From the NCBI GenBank assembly GCA_964528475.1, contig CAZGSX010000004.1:1-62462 (forward strand): a stretch of 62,462 nucleotides of DNA. Reading direction: 5' to 3'. Below, piece by piece: positions 53,283 through 62,462 of this stretch. Positions within the stretch are counted from its first letter, which is position 1; each line of letters opens with the position of its first letter. The notes beneath the pieces are model-generated. The model was not told the origin of the DNA. It saw only the letters and a program-made list of their open reading frames with translations, and searched no databases. The position numbers were made by a program, and so were the translations under genes. This stretch comes from an uncultured Anaerolineales bacterium. Its GTDB lineage: Bacteria; Chloroflexota; Anaerolineae; B4-G1.

Positions 53283-54659
53283 ATGGCCGAGTTTCCCCCA
53301 GAGCCGTTTAGAATCAAATCTGTGGAGCGGATCCAGCAGCTCAGTGCGCAGGCACGTCACAATGTCTTGGAGACGGCAGGATACAACCTGTTTGCTGTAC
53401 GAGCAAAGGACGTCTACATCGATCTGCTGACGGACTCCGGAACAGCCGCGATGTCCGATCAGCAGTGGGCAGGTCTCATGATGGGCGATGAGAGCTACGC
53501 TGGATGCCGCAACTTCTTCAATCTGGAAGAAGCGGTCAGCTCCATCACCGGGTTCAAGAACTTCGTGCCCACACATCAAGGTCGAGCTGCCGAGAACGTG
53601 CTCTTTTCCTGCGTCGTCAAGCCCGGCGACTCGGTGCCCAACAATATGCATTTCGACACCACCCAAGCGAATATCTTGGCCCGAGATGGGAGACCTGTCG
53701 ATCTCGTGGCCGAGGAGGGGCTTGACCCATCATCGCAGGCCCCCTTCAAGGGCGACATGGACTTGGGCAAGCTGGAGGCCTTCATCGAGGAGACGGGACC
53801 AGAGAACATTCCCCTGGGCATGCTCACGATCACGAACAACTCGGGGGGTGGGCAACCGGTCTCCATGGGCAACATCCGCGCCACTGGCGAGATCTTGCAC
53901 AGCTATGACATCCCCTTCTTCCTGGATGCTTGCCGCTACGCGGAGAACGCCTACTTCATCAAGTTGCGTGACTCAGCCTACGTCAACACGCCCGTCGTCG
54001 ACATCGCCCGGGAGATGTTCTCCTACGCCGACGGCTGCACGATGTCGGCGAAGAAGGATGCCCTAGTCAACATCGGCGGATTCCTGGCCATGAATGACGA
54101 TGCACTCTTTGAGAAGGTGCGCCAGGAGCTGATTATCCGCGAGGGATTCACGACGTATGGCGGCCTGGCCGGCCGCGACCTGGAGGCAATTGCCCGCGGG
54201 CTGTGGGAAGGGCTCGACGACGACTATCTCTCGTACCGGATCCGACACACGAGATACCTGGCTGAACGGCTGATTGAGGAGGGTGTGCCCATTCTAGAGC
54301 CCCCCGGCGGTCACGCGGTCTATCTGGACGCCAAGCGGTTCCTTCCCCAAATCGCTCAGGCAGACCTTCCAGGTCAGGCACTGGTCTGTGCACTCTACCT
54401 CGAGGGCGGTATCCGCGGCGTGGAGATTGGGAGCGTCATGTTCGCTCACGAGGACCCCGAGACAGGCGAAATGATCTACCCGGAACTCGAGCTCGTGCGG
54501 CTGGCGATACCGCGGCGTGTGTACACCCAGGCCCATCTGGACCATGTGGTGAAGGTGTGCAAGAAGCTCCTGGACCGTCGGGAGGAGATAACGGGATTGC
54601 GCTACACGTCCGCACCGAGGCTATTGCGCCACTTCACGGCCCGATTCGAGCCCTTGTAG
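53283..54659 (+). CDS. tryptophanase/tyrosine phenol-lyase family beta-eliminating lyase
   Basis: Near full-length similarity to TnaA/TPL: EPFRIKSVE, YIDLLTDSGT, PTHQGRAAEN, the PLP-Lys context SAKKD and RLAIPRRVYT. SD AAGGAG at ATG 53283. Substrate class cannot be decided from sequence alone. Confidence 0.9.
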   Translation: MAEFPPEPFRIKSVERIQQLSAQARHNVLETAGYNLFAVRAKDVYIDLLTDSGTAAMSDQQWAGLMMGDESYAGCRNFFNLEEAVSSITGFKNFVPTHQGRAAENVLFSCVVKPGDSVPNNMHFDTTQANILARDGRPVDLVAEEGLDPSSQAPFKGDMDLGKLEAFIEETGPENIPLGMLTITNNSGGGQPVSMGNIRATGEILHSYDIPFFLDACRYAENAYFIKLRDSAYVNTPVVDIAREMFSYADGCTMSAKKDALVNIGGFLAMNDDALFEKVRQELIIREGFTTYGGLAGRDLEAIARGLWEGLDDDYLSYRIRHTRYLAERLIEEGVPILEPPGGHAVYLDAKRFLPQIAQADLPGQALVCALYLEGGIRGVEIGSVMFAHEDPETGEMIYPELELVRLAIPRRVYTQAHLDHVVKVCKKLLDRREEITGLRYTSAPRLLRHFTARFEPL

Positions 54660-54977
54660 CCGCGGAGGACGTGCGTGCTCCCCCTCTCTGTCCCAGCCTG
54701 GACCTCGCCTATCCAGCCTCGACGAGCTCGGGAGGGAAGCGCAAGAGACTGGGCGGTGGGCTTCCGCCTGGGACGCGGGGAAGATCTGTGCCCATGCGAG
54801 AACCAGTGGAGGGGGCTGTTTGGTCTTAGGCGGCGCAGGGTATGGAGGCCAAGCGATCCGGGGAAGTGTGAGTCGAAGCGCAGGAGAGTGGGCATCGGGA
54901 CACACCCTCGCTCACACTGGGAGGTTAAGACACCGAGGTGCGATCCTCGAGTGGCGGAGGATCTCGGCCACGATGGC

Positions 54978-56021
54978 CTAAGCTCGTCGAGAAAGGAGAA
55001 CCAACGCAGCGATCACCAAAACGGTGATGCTCAGCAGGGCGATAAGCTTCTGCCAAGGCGCCGCGACCAAGGCCAACAGGCCAAACAAGGCGCAGAACCC
55101 CCAGTAGAGCAGGACAATCGAGCGCCTCGACAATCCCACGTCCAGCAGGCGATAGTGCAAGTGTCCTCGATCCCCCTCGACAGGAGAACGATTTCGGCGA
55201 ACACGGTCGAAGATCTGCCACGCGACATCAACGATGGGCAATCCCATCACCATCAGCACGGTGGCCGTTCGGCCGCCCGCAATCAAACCCAGTCCGGCCA
55301 AAGCGTATCCCAGAGAGAACGTCCCCACGCTCCCCAAGAAGACGCGCGCTGGGGCCAGATTGTAGGGGAGAAAGCCCAGCACCGCGCCCATCAAGGCCAG
55401 CGGAAGAAGAGCCACACTGGGCTGGGGTTGATCGGCAAGATAGCGCATATGGGTGGCCAGGACGAAGCAGAGGATTGCCCCCACTCCCGCCGCCAGCCCA
55501 TCAAGACCATCCAGCCAGTTGACCGTGTTGATCATGCCCGTCACCCACAGGACCGTCAGGGGTACATAGATTAGGGCTCCCCATGGGTACTCATTGAGCC
55601 GAACGGTACCGAAGAAGGGCAATGTAAAGCGCTCCAGCCACAGCAACGTGGTGAGCGCGATGACGGATAGCACCAGCTGACAGGCAAACTGCAAGCCCGG
55701 CGACAGATCAAATCGATCGTCAAGGAGGCCGAACAGCGCGGCAGCGACTGCTCCGATCAGAAGCCCCCTCAGTCGCAGTGTGTCATCAGGCCCGTAACCT
55801 GCGGTGAGGTCACCACGATACGCCGCCACCCCTACCGCTATCAAGAAAGCGATCATGACGGCAGCACCACCGAGCCGCGGCACCGCTCCCTCGTGACGAC
55901 GCCGTCCACCAGGACGGTCTACGATGTGAAGCCGGCGTCCCAGCCGAGCTGCCACGGGCGTAAGAACCAGGGCCAGCCCAAACGAGATGGCGAGGATCAG
56001 TGCGTACTGCCGAAGATACAT
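54978..56021 (-). CDS. glycosyltransferase family 4 (MraY/WecA-like polyprenyl-phosphate sugar-1-phosphate transferase)
   Basis: 347 aa, about 10 TM. Has DDRFDL, NTVNWLDGLDGLAAG and the C-terminal VxxHLHYRLL motif. Confidence 0.85.
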   Translation of the reverse strand: MYLRQYALILAISFGLALVLTPVAARLGRRLHIVDRPGGRRRHEGAVPRLGGAAVMIAFLIAVGVAAYRGDLTAGYGPDDTLRLRGLLIGAVAAALFGLLDDRFDLSPGLQFACQLVLSVIALTTLLWLERFTLPFFGTVRLNEYPWGALIYVPLTVLWVTGMINTVNWLDGLDGLAAGVGAILCFVLATHMRYLADQPQPSVALLPLALMGAVLGFLPYNLAPARVFLGSVGTFSLGYALAGLGLIAGGRTATVLMVMGLPIVDVAWQIFDRVRRNRSPVEGDRGHLHYRLLDVGLSRRSIVLLYWGFCALFGLLALVAAPWQKLIALLSITVLVIAALVLLSRRA

Positions 56022-56150
56022 ACCTAACCGATGTTGATCGTCGCCCTTGGCAACGGACCCAGCTGACGGACCGCAACAGGGCTATCCACAGTGATCCAGG
56101 TATGGTTCAGACACCATCTTCTTAGCAGGAATCGCTGCCTCCGGAGACTA

Positions 56151-56777
56151 CTATGCAGTGCCAAACAGCCGATCTCCCGCATCTCCCAGTCCCGGGACGA
56201 TGAACCCAGCCTCGTTCAACTGTTCATCTACTGCCGCCAGATGGACGTCAACATCAGGGTGTCTCTCAGTGAGGTGCTGCACCCCTTGCGCCGAGGCTAT
56301 CACGCCCACGAACTTGATGCGCGCGGCTTCCCACTCCTTGAGGAGTTCCACCGTGGCCGCCGCCGATCCTCCGGTGGCCAGCATGGGGTCGAGCACCAGA
56401 CAGAGATCAACGGTCGGCCTGACCGGCAGCCGGGCGTAATACTCGATCGGCTGCAGGGTCTCTTCATCGCGACGAAGCCCAATGTGCCACACCTCGGCGT
56501 TGGGCATCATGCTCCAGACCCCCTCCACCATGCCCAACCCGGCCCGCAGGATGGGGACGAGCCCAACCCGCTCCCTGAGCTGTCGTTCCTTGGATTGACC
56601 AAGGGGGGTTGTGACCAGTCTTTCCTCCGTTGCCAAGTCCGCCGTCGCCTCGTAGGTCAGTAAAATGGAGAGCTCCCTGAGAAGCTCACGGAACTTCTTG
56701 GGATCCGTGCGCTGGTCTCGCAGCAATGCCATTTTGTGCTCGACCAGCGGGTGGGACGATATGTGTACCTGGGGCAT
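56151..56777 (-). CDS. upp: uracil phosphoribosyltransferase
   Basis: Has [13 protein letters not shown], the PRPP loop [12 protein letters not shown] and [15 protein letters not shown]. Confidence 0.95.
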   Translation of the reverse strand: MPQVHISSHPLVEHKMALLRDQRTDPKKFRELLRELSILLTYEATADLATEERLVTTPLGQSKERQLRERVGLVPILRAGLGMVEGVWSMMPNAEVWHIGLRRDEETLQPIEYYARLPVRPTVDLCLVLDPMLATGGSAAATVELLKEWEAARIKFVGVIASAQGVQHLTERHPDVDVHLAAVDEQLNEAGFIVPGLGDAGDRLFGTA

Positions 56778-56808
56778 CGTGGTTCACCTCCTTGGATGTC
56801 GAATCTCG

Positions 56809-56837
56809 ATTGTACTTGGCATGTGCGGGCTTGTCAA
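56809..56837 (-). promoter_or_regulatory. upp promoter
   Basis: Minus strand: TTGACA (56837-56832), 17 nt, TACAAT (56814-56809). The leader is about 25 nt with SD AAGGAGGTG. Confidence 0.55.
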
Positions 56838-56866
56838 TGACCGCTTTTCCTCTCTGCCGTTCCAAG

Positions 56867-56872
56867 TATAAT
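56867..56872 (+). promoter_or_regulatory. -10 element (TATAAT) 9 nt upstream of the ruvB ATG
   Basis: TATAAT at 56867-56872 and ATG at 56882, with no SD between them. The -35 is weak (CTTTTC). Confidence 0.35.
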
Positions 56873-56881
56873 ACCCCACGT

Positions 56882-57901
56882 ATGGATGAACGAATCATCT
56901 CCCCCGACCCAGAAGAAGAGGAAGTACTACTCGATCAAGCTCTGCGCCCACAACGCCTGGACGACTTGATTGGGCAGGACCACGTCTGCGCCAATCTCTC
57001 CATCCTCATCGAGGCAGCCAAGAAAAGAGATGAGGCCATCGACCATGTGCTGCTCTACGGGCCACCTGGCCTGGGCAAGACCACGCTTTCCCATATCATA
57101 GCCAACGAGATGGAAGTGCCCATTCGCGTGACCTCGGGTCCGGCCATCGAGCGAACGGGAGACCTGGCCGCAATCCTGAGCAATCTCCGCCACAAGGAGA
57201 TCTTCTTCATTGACGAAGTTCACCGACTGGGTCGGGCGGTGGAGGAGATCCTCTACCCGGCGATGGAGGACTTCGCGCTGGATTTCGTCATTGGGAAGGG
57301 GCCCAGCGCACGCTCGATTCGCCTCAACTTACCGCGCTTCACCGTGGTCGGAGCGACAACCCGCCTGGCCCTGCTCACGGCACCTCTACGATCGCGCTTC
57401 GGGGCCACCTTCCGCGTGGACTTCTACGATCAGGAGGCGCTGAAAGCCATAGTCCGTCGGGCGGCCAGGGTCCTGGACGTCGAAATCGACGGAAACGGAG
57501 CAGCAGAGATCGCCCGTCGCGGACGGGGCACACCCCGTGTGGCGCTCCGCCTGCTCAAACGGGTACGCGACTACGCGCAGGTCCGGGCTGAAGGGCGCGT
57601 CACGGAGGAGATAGCCTGCCAGGCACTGGAGATGCTCAATGTGGATGAACGGGGCCTGGACGATGTCGACCGACAGGTGCTGACCACCATCATTAACAAG
57701 TTCGAGGGCGGACCTGTCGGTCTGGATACGATCGCCGCCGCTGTTAGCGAGGAATCGGACACCATCATGGACGTGATCGAACCCTATCTGCTGCGTCTGG
57801 GGTTCCTCGACCGCACGCCCCGGGGGAGAGTAGCCACCGTACGTGCCTACGATCATCTCAATCTGCCCTATGGACAGTCAGATCAACCCTCACTGCTTTG
57901 A
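56882..57901 (+). CDS. ruvB: Holliday junction branch migration helicase RuvB
   Basis: Has [12 protein letters not shown], Walker [10 protein letters not shown], Walker B FIDEVHRL and the sensor region. The ATG at 56882 is in frame with the tracked ORF, whose upstream part overlaps upp. Confidence 0.95.
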   Translation: MDERIISPDPEEEEVLLDQALRPQRLDDLIGQDHVCANLSILIEAAKKRDEAIDHVLLYGPPGLGKTTLSHIIANEMEVPIRVTSGPAIERTGDLAAILSNLRHKEIFFIDEVHRLGRAVEEILYPAMEDFALDFVIGKGPSARSIRLNLPRFTVVGATTRLALLTAPLRSRFGATFRVDFYDQEALKAIVRRAARVLDVEIDGNGAAEIARRGRGTPRVALRLLKRVRDYAQVRAEGRVTEEIACQALEMLNVDERGLDDVDRQVLTTIINKFEGGPVGLDTIAAAVSEESDTIMDVIEPYLLRLGFLDRTPRGRVATVRAYDHLNLPYGQSDQPSLL

Positions 57902-58059
57902 TATCGGTCTAAGCCCTGTCTGTAGGACGTCCTGCCCACAACCGCAGAGGCGCCAATCGGTCCCAGGGGGGCTATCAAGTGAGACAGGATGGTGGCTGAC
58001 ATAGCGAGCTCTTCGGCCGTCGGGGCCGAGGGCGCAAGAGGGAAGGAGCCAGCATAGCC

Positions 58060-59382
58060 TTGGAAACCGGCACATACGAAGTGCCCTACGGTCGACGGTC
58101 GATCTCGTTCAAGCTGCCGTCGGGCATGGAGGCTATCGTCGCAGCTTCGCATTCAGGCGAGCCACTGCAGGATCCAGAGGCCGCGGTTCGAGAGGCTCTG
58201 AGTGACCCGGTGGACTCACCGCCCCTGAAGGAGCTGGTGAATCGCAGCAGAGGCCCCGCCACCCGAGTGTGTATCGTCTTCACGGATATCACGAGGGCCA
58301 GCCCGGACTACCTACTCGTCCCCGCCCTACTGGCTGAGCTTGAGGCCGCTGGCGTGCGCGATGAGAACATCACGCTGCTGTGCGGCATAGGCATGCATCG
58401 ACCCTCCACGCCCGAGGAGAAAGTGGCCAAGCTCGGGCAGGCTGTGGTCGATCGCTATCGCGTCATCGACAACGAGCCCCAGAACGATGGCATGTTGATG
58501 GACCTAGGCCTAACACGGGGCGGGGTCCCGGTGTCCGTCCATAGACGAGCTTTCGAAGCCGATCTGCTGCTGGGCACAGGTCTGGTTGAGCCCCACCAGT
58601 ACGCCGGATACTCCGGCGGACGGAAGACGGTTGCCGTGGGAGCTGCGGGAGAAGGTCTCATCGCCCACACGCACGGTCCGGCCTTTGTCGATCATCCGGG
58701 CACACGCCTCGGGCGTATCGAGGGTAACCCGTTCCACGAGGCGATCACTGAGGCGGCGCGTCGCGCAGGACTGGACTTCATCCTCAATGTCGTGCTGGAT
58801 GACGAAAAGCAGATCCTGTGCGTGAAAGCCGGAGAGCCGGTGGAGACCCACAGGCAGCTGGTGTCGTTCGCGCGCTCTGTCTACGAGGTGCCGATTCCGC
58901 ATCAGGTCGACGTCGCCATTGGGGGGGTCGGCTATCCAAAGGATGCCAATCTCTACCAAGCCAGTCGAGCAGCTTCGTATCTCTTCTTTGCCCCTACCCC
59001 GGTCGTCAAACCCGGCGGCTTCCTGATTGTGCCAGCTCGCTGTCAAGAAGGCGCGGGGGAGGGCGTCGGCGAACAGCGTTTCTTCGAAGCCATGCGCGAC
59101 GCGCCCGATGTCCAGGCCATCCTCCGTGATGCGCGGGAGCACGGGTACCCGCCTGGGCAACAGCGCGCCTTCGTCATGGCTAAGGTGCTGCAGGAAGCCC
59201 AGGTCATCATCGTCGGTAGCGAGTGTCCCGGCGTCATCTCCACCTGCAAGATGACGCCGGCCGCCACGATGGGGGAGGCCCTGCGGTTGGTCCAAAGAGA
59301 GCTGGGTGATCGGCTGGACGTGCTGATCGTGCCCCACGCCCTGTTAACGCTACCTGTGGTACAGGCAGAGACGGAGGAGTAG
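58060..59382 (+). CDS. LarA-like nickel-pincer-dependent racemase/epimerase family protein (DUF2088)
   Basis: 440 aa. Has CGIGMHRPSTPEE and VEPHQYAGYSGGRKTVAVG, typical of the LarA N-domain. TTG start with SD GGAAGGAG. Confidence 0.8.
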   Translation: METGTYEVPYGRRSISFKLPSGMEAIVAASHSGEPLQDPEAAVREALSDPVDSPPLKELVNRSRGPATRVCIVFTDITRASPDYLLVPALLAELEAAGVRDENITLLCGIGMHRPSTPEEKVAKLGQAVVDRYRVIDNEPQNDGMLMDLGLTRGGVPVSVHRRAFEADLLLGTGLVEPHQYAGYSGGRKTVAVGAAGEGLIAHTHGPAFVDHPGTRLGRIEGNPFHEAITEAARRAGLDFILNVVLDDEKQILCVKAGEPVETHRQLVSFARSVYEVPIPHQVDVAIGGVGYPKDANLYQASRAASYLFFAPTPVVKPGGFLIVPARCQEGAGEGVGEQRFFEAMRDAPDVQAILRDAREHGYPPGQQRAFVMAKVLQEAQVIIVGSECPGVISTCKMTPAATMGEALRLVQRELGDRLDVLIVPHALLTLPVVQAETEE

Positions 59383-59384
59383 AG

Positions 59385-60266
59385 ATGACCCACCAACGCT
59401 TCACCGCTGAACTGCAGAGCGGCAGGATCATCGTCGCCGATGGCGCCATGGGAACGATGCTACAGGAGGCGGGCCTTCCGCCTGGCACGCCACCCGAGGG
59501 ATGGCTTTTGGAGAACGGGGAGGCGATCCTCCAGGTTCACCAGGCCTATATCGACGCTGGATCCAATCTCGTACTCACGTGCACGTTTGGAGCGACCCGA
59601 CCCCGGCTGGAGCGCCACGGCCTGGATGGCCGTTTGGAGGAGATCAACCAGCGGGCAGTCGAGATTGCCCGTGATGCCGCTGGAGAGGACGTCATGGTGG
59701 CCGGTGACATCGGGCCCCTCGGCAGGTTCCTGGAGCCCCTGGGCGACCTGACACATGCAGAGGCGGTCGACATATTCGCCGAGCAGGCTGAAGCACTGAC
59801 ACGCGCGGGCGTGGATGTGCTGTACATTGAAACCATGGCTGCGCTAGAGGAGGTCCGGGCTGCAGTGGAAGGAGCCCTGCAGGTGGGAGATGGCAAACCC
59901 GTCACAGCCACGCTTTCGTTTGATAGCCACGGCCGCACCAACATGGGCGTGCGGGCAGAGGAAGCGGCAGAGGCCCTTCTGGAGCTCGGTGTGGACGCCT
60001 TCGGTGCTAATTGCGGGGCCACGCTGGATATGACGCTGAGTGCGATCGAGACGATGCAGCACGTCGCGCCAGAGATGCCCTTGATCGCCAAGCCCAACGC
60101 CGGCATGCCACGACTCGTGGGGGACGACGTCACGTACGACGCCTCTCCGAATGCTATGGCCGACTACGCCCAGCGGTTCGTCGCCCTGGGGGCAGGAATT
60201 GTGGGTGGTTGCTGCGGATCGACGCCAGAGCATATTGCAGCCATCGCCGGCGCCGTGCGGACCTGA
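59385..60266 (+). CDS. homocysteine S-methyltransferase domain protein
   Basis: 293 aa. Has IVADGAMGTML and the C-terminal zinc-site motif GGCCGSTPEHI. It starts 2 nt after the larA-like stop. Confidence 0.85.
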   Translation: MTHQRFTAELQSGRIIVADGAMGTMLQEAGLPPGTPPEGWLLENGEAILQVHQAYIDAGSNLVLTCTFGATRPRLERHGLDGRLEEINQRAVEIARDAAGEDVMVAGDIGPLGRFLEPLGDLTHAEAVDIFAEQAEALTRAGVDVLYIETMAALEEVRAAVEGALQVGDGKPVTATLSFDSHGRTNMGVRAEEAAEALLELGVDAFGANCGATLDMTLSAIETMQHVAPEMPLIAKPNAGMPRLVGDDVTYDASPNAMADYAQRFVALGAGIVGGCCGSTPEHIAAIAGAVRT

Positions 60267-60361
60267 AACGAGCCACCACCCGGAGGCCACTGTCCCCGAC
60301 TCTCAGCGGGGCGACACCTATTCTCAGGTAGGGACGCCTCCCGCTTCCCGACGAGCGAAGC

Positions 60362-61480
60362 TCAAAGAGCACGTCGGTAGATGCGGTGGCGCTTGTACCA
60401 CTCACCTCCCACGCTCTCGACCTCGCCTCTGCTCTCTATGTTGTTCTCCGCTACCTGCACCAGGTCGGCGTGCTCGAAGCCGAAATCAAGGACCGTCTTC
60501 GCCAACTCTGTGTAGAGCACCGCACTCGCCCCTGCCCCTTGATACTGCGGCAAGATCGCTGCCCCATTGAAGTTGATGCACTTCGTCCGCTTCATCTCAA
60601 TCAAGATATGGAGCCAGCCGAAGGGCCAGATGCGCCCGTTCGCCCGCTGTATGCCGGCGGACACGTCCGGATAGCCGATGATGAAGCCAGCCACCTCATC
60701 GCCCTTCATCACCAGCTTGATCAAGCGCGGATCAGCAGCGGCAAGAAAACGGTCGGCAATGGCGTCCGCTTCCGCCTCGTCGATAGGGTAATACCCCCAG
60801 CCATTGGAGAACGCCTCGTTGTTTACCCGCTGAACTTCGGGCACCCAGCGACGGAGCTCCTGCTTGCTGTCGAACGACGCGACGTGGAAACCGCGGCGCT
60901 CCTTGACTCGTTCCGCGATCTCGTAGTACCGCTGCGGCAACTCAAATCCGTCACTCAGATACCCGGACAGGAAGTCGAGCTCTTTCTCGAACCCCAAGGC
61001 GTCGATGAAATCGGCAAAGTACGGCGGGTTGTACGCGATGCCCATCGCCGGCCGATGCTCGAAACCTTCCACCAGCAGCCCATGACCGTCGCCTCGAAGC
61101 AGACCTCGGGGACCAACCAAGGTATTCAGATCTCGTGCACGGGCCCACTGAACGGCAGCGTCGAACAGCGCCTCCGCGACCTCCAATGCCTCCACCACCT
61201 CGAAGTAATAGAAGAAGGCCGTGTTCGTGTCGTGATACTCGTTGTAGGGCCGATTCTCGACCACCGCGATGCGCCCCAAGACTCGATCCCCCTCCTGAGC
61301 AACGAAGAAGTCTGCAGTGGAGTGTCGGTAGAATGGATACGCCTCGCGGTCGAGGGCCAGCTTCATATCGGGCACTATGGGCGGCACCCACTGAGGCCAG
61401 TCACGATAGAGCTCGAAAGGGAAATTGATGAACTGTCGTACGTCACGACGCGAGGATGTGTCAATCTTCCGGATCCGCAT
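60362..61480 (-). CDS. two-domain GNAT-like acyltransferase (function unknown)
   Basis: 372 aa with a C-terminal acetyl-CoA-binding-like region (ILPQYQGAGASAVLY). Family recalled only loosely. Confidence 0.6.
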   Translation of the reverse strand: MRIRKIDTSSRRDVRQFINFPFELYRDWPQWVPPIVPDMKLALDREAYPFYRHSTADFFVAQEGDRVLGRIAVVENRPYNEYHDTNTAFFYYFEVVEALEVAEALFDAAVQWARARDLNTLVGPRGLLRGDGHGLLVEGFEHRPAMGIAYNPPYFADFIDALGFEKELDFLSGYLSDGFELPQRYYEIAERVKERRGFHVASFDSKQELRRWVPEVQRVNNEAFSNGWGYYPIDEAEADAIADRFLAAADPRLIKLVMKGDEVAGFIIGYPDVSAGIQRANGRIWPFGWLHILIEMKRTKCINFNGAAILPQYQGAGASAVLYTELAKTVLDFGFEHADLVQVAENNIESRGEVESVGGEWYKRHRIYRRAL

Positions 61481-61498
61481 AGCGCCCCCAGTTTGTCA

Positions 61499-62338
61499 TT
61501 AAGCGACGAAGAATGCAACCGCCAGGACGCCCGGCCCCGCGTGAGTGACGATAGCAGGGGGCACGTCCATGACTGGCACAGAAGGGATATTCAGCTCACG
61601 GCACAGGTCCTCGGCCAGGCGCTGCGCTTGATCCGGGACGGCTGCATGCATGACGGACAGATGCCCTTGCCCGTCGCGAGGTATTTGCTCCAACACCAGT
61701 TCCTTTAGCCGCGCCACGGCCCGGCTATGGGTGCGGGCCTTCTCAAGCTGGTCCGCCCGCCCATCCCGTATCGTGAGGATCGGCTTGATGCGCAATACGC
61801 TTCCTAAGAGGGCTGCTGCCCCTCCGATGCGCCCACCCTTGGCCAGATACTCGAGCGTGTCCACCAGGAAGTACACCCGACTGCGAGGGATCATACCCCT
61901 AATGCGCTGCTCGATCGCCTCGACATCGAGCCCCTGCTCAGCCCAGCGCGCTGCCAGCGTCACCAGAGTAGCCAGCGGGCTGCCGATGACACGGGTATCG
62001 ATGATTCGAATGTCAGCGTTGGGGAAGCCCGCAGTCGCGACCGTAGCCGCCCGAACCGTGCCGCTCAACTCGGACGAAGGATGAATACACAAGATGGACT
62101 CCCCCTGGGGCACGACACGCTGGAACACCTCGGCGAAGAGCTCCGGAGGGGGTGCCGATGTCTTGGGCAGCTCCTCGGACGTCGTTAGACGCTCCATGAA
62201 AGTGGCGTGGTCGATCTCCTGGCCCTCCAGATAGGCATCCGATCCGAAGATAATGACCTGGGGGATGACGGATATATCGTACCGCTCGGCGACTTGATCA
62301 GAAAGACCAGCCGTGGTGTCGGTGATGATCTTGACCAT
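61499..62338 (-). CDS. DegV family fatty-acid-binding protein
   Basis: 279 aa. Has IITDTTAGL, TSAPPP and GGRIGGAAALLGS, typical of DegV. Confidence 0.9.
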   Translation of the reverse strand: MVKIITDTTAGLSDQVAERYDISVIPQVIIFGSDAYLEGQEIDHATFMERLTTSEELPKTSAPPPELFAEVFQRVVPQGESILCIHPSSELSGTVRAATVATAGFPNADIRIIDTRVIGSPLATLVTLAARWAEQGLDVEAIEQRIRGMIPRSRVYFLVDTLEYLAKGGRIGGAAALLGSVLRIKPILTIRDGRADQLEKARTHSRAVARLKELVLEQIPRDGQGHLSVMHAAVPDQAQRLAEDLCRELNIPSVPVMDVPPAIVTHAGPGVLAVAFFVA

Positions 62339-62462
62339 GTTCGTCCTCCTTGACCCCGGGGCTCCAGCGTCAGGACCGGCCGCCCTGTGCGCCTGACATC
62401 TCGCCTAACATCTCGCCGGTCTTGTCTTGAAAGTGAAGAGTGCGGGCCGAAACCCATGATAT

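Noticed and set aside
54660-54977. Possible ncRNA (SRP/4.5S-like) in the 320-nt spacer after the lyase gene
   Set aside because: There is no match to the SRP domain IV consensus (GGAAGCAGCC region) or to tRNA, tmRNA or RNase P signatures. The region is GC-rich without a clear promoter or terminator.
60386-61708. 440-aa plus-strand ORF
   Set aside because: It is antisense to the GNAT-like and degV genes and is a shadow ORF.

Overview
62.5-kb high-GC bacterial chromosomal window. Gene content and the many near-consensus TTGACA-17-TATAAT promoters suggest a Chloroflexota-like Terrabacterium, but this cannot be verified here. The left edge is the 5' end of a minus-strand 16S rRNA gene preceded by four tandem consensus promoters. 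Most of the window is housekeeping: a split methylmalonyl-CoA mutase B12 subunit plus MeaB, prs, tsaD, sppA, a GH4 glycosidase, membrane pyrophosphatase, an ABC exporter, MFS, a Dps-like ferritin, glpK, queG, a classical nusA-ylxR-infB-rbfA-nrnA-truB-ribF operon, era, yhhQ, an EF-G paralog, a tryptophanase-family lyase, an MraY-like GT4, upp, ruvB, a LarA-like gene, a homocysteine methyltransferase and degV. The stand-out region is about 14 kb (20.4-34.6 kb), entirely on the minus strand. It runs: ArsR-type regulator, Zn-ribbon protein, frameshifted Cys-rich gene, UPF0718 permease, four tandem mini-thioredoxins (CPKC, CANC, CPGC, CSGG), a possible integrase relic, an exported triple-thioredoxin/DsbD-like fusion, a membrane-anchored thioredoxin, three adjacent decayed genes (CcdA, NifS-like, CoADR-rhodanese) with an intact Isf flavoprotein between them, then TusA-YeeE-DsrEFH-GcvH-like (LbpA-like), a glutaredoxin-like gene and a hypothetical. 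A 6-8-6 palindrome (ATATGC-N8-GCATAT) occurs at both ends of this island and in shifted form at an orphan promoter beside it. Other notable points are a Nudix gene interrupted by an in-frame TAG, two probable leaderless mRNAs (queG, ruvB), a promoter-proximal intrinsic terminator in the nusA leader, and a Fur/PerR-like palindrome on a strong promoter far upstream of the Dps-like gene. No CRISPR array, tRNA or intact mobile element was seen. All calls rest on reading the sequence and recalled family signatures. No database search was run.
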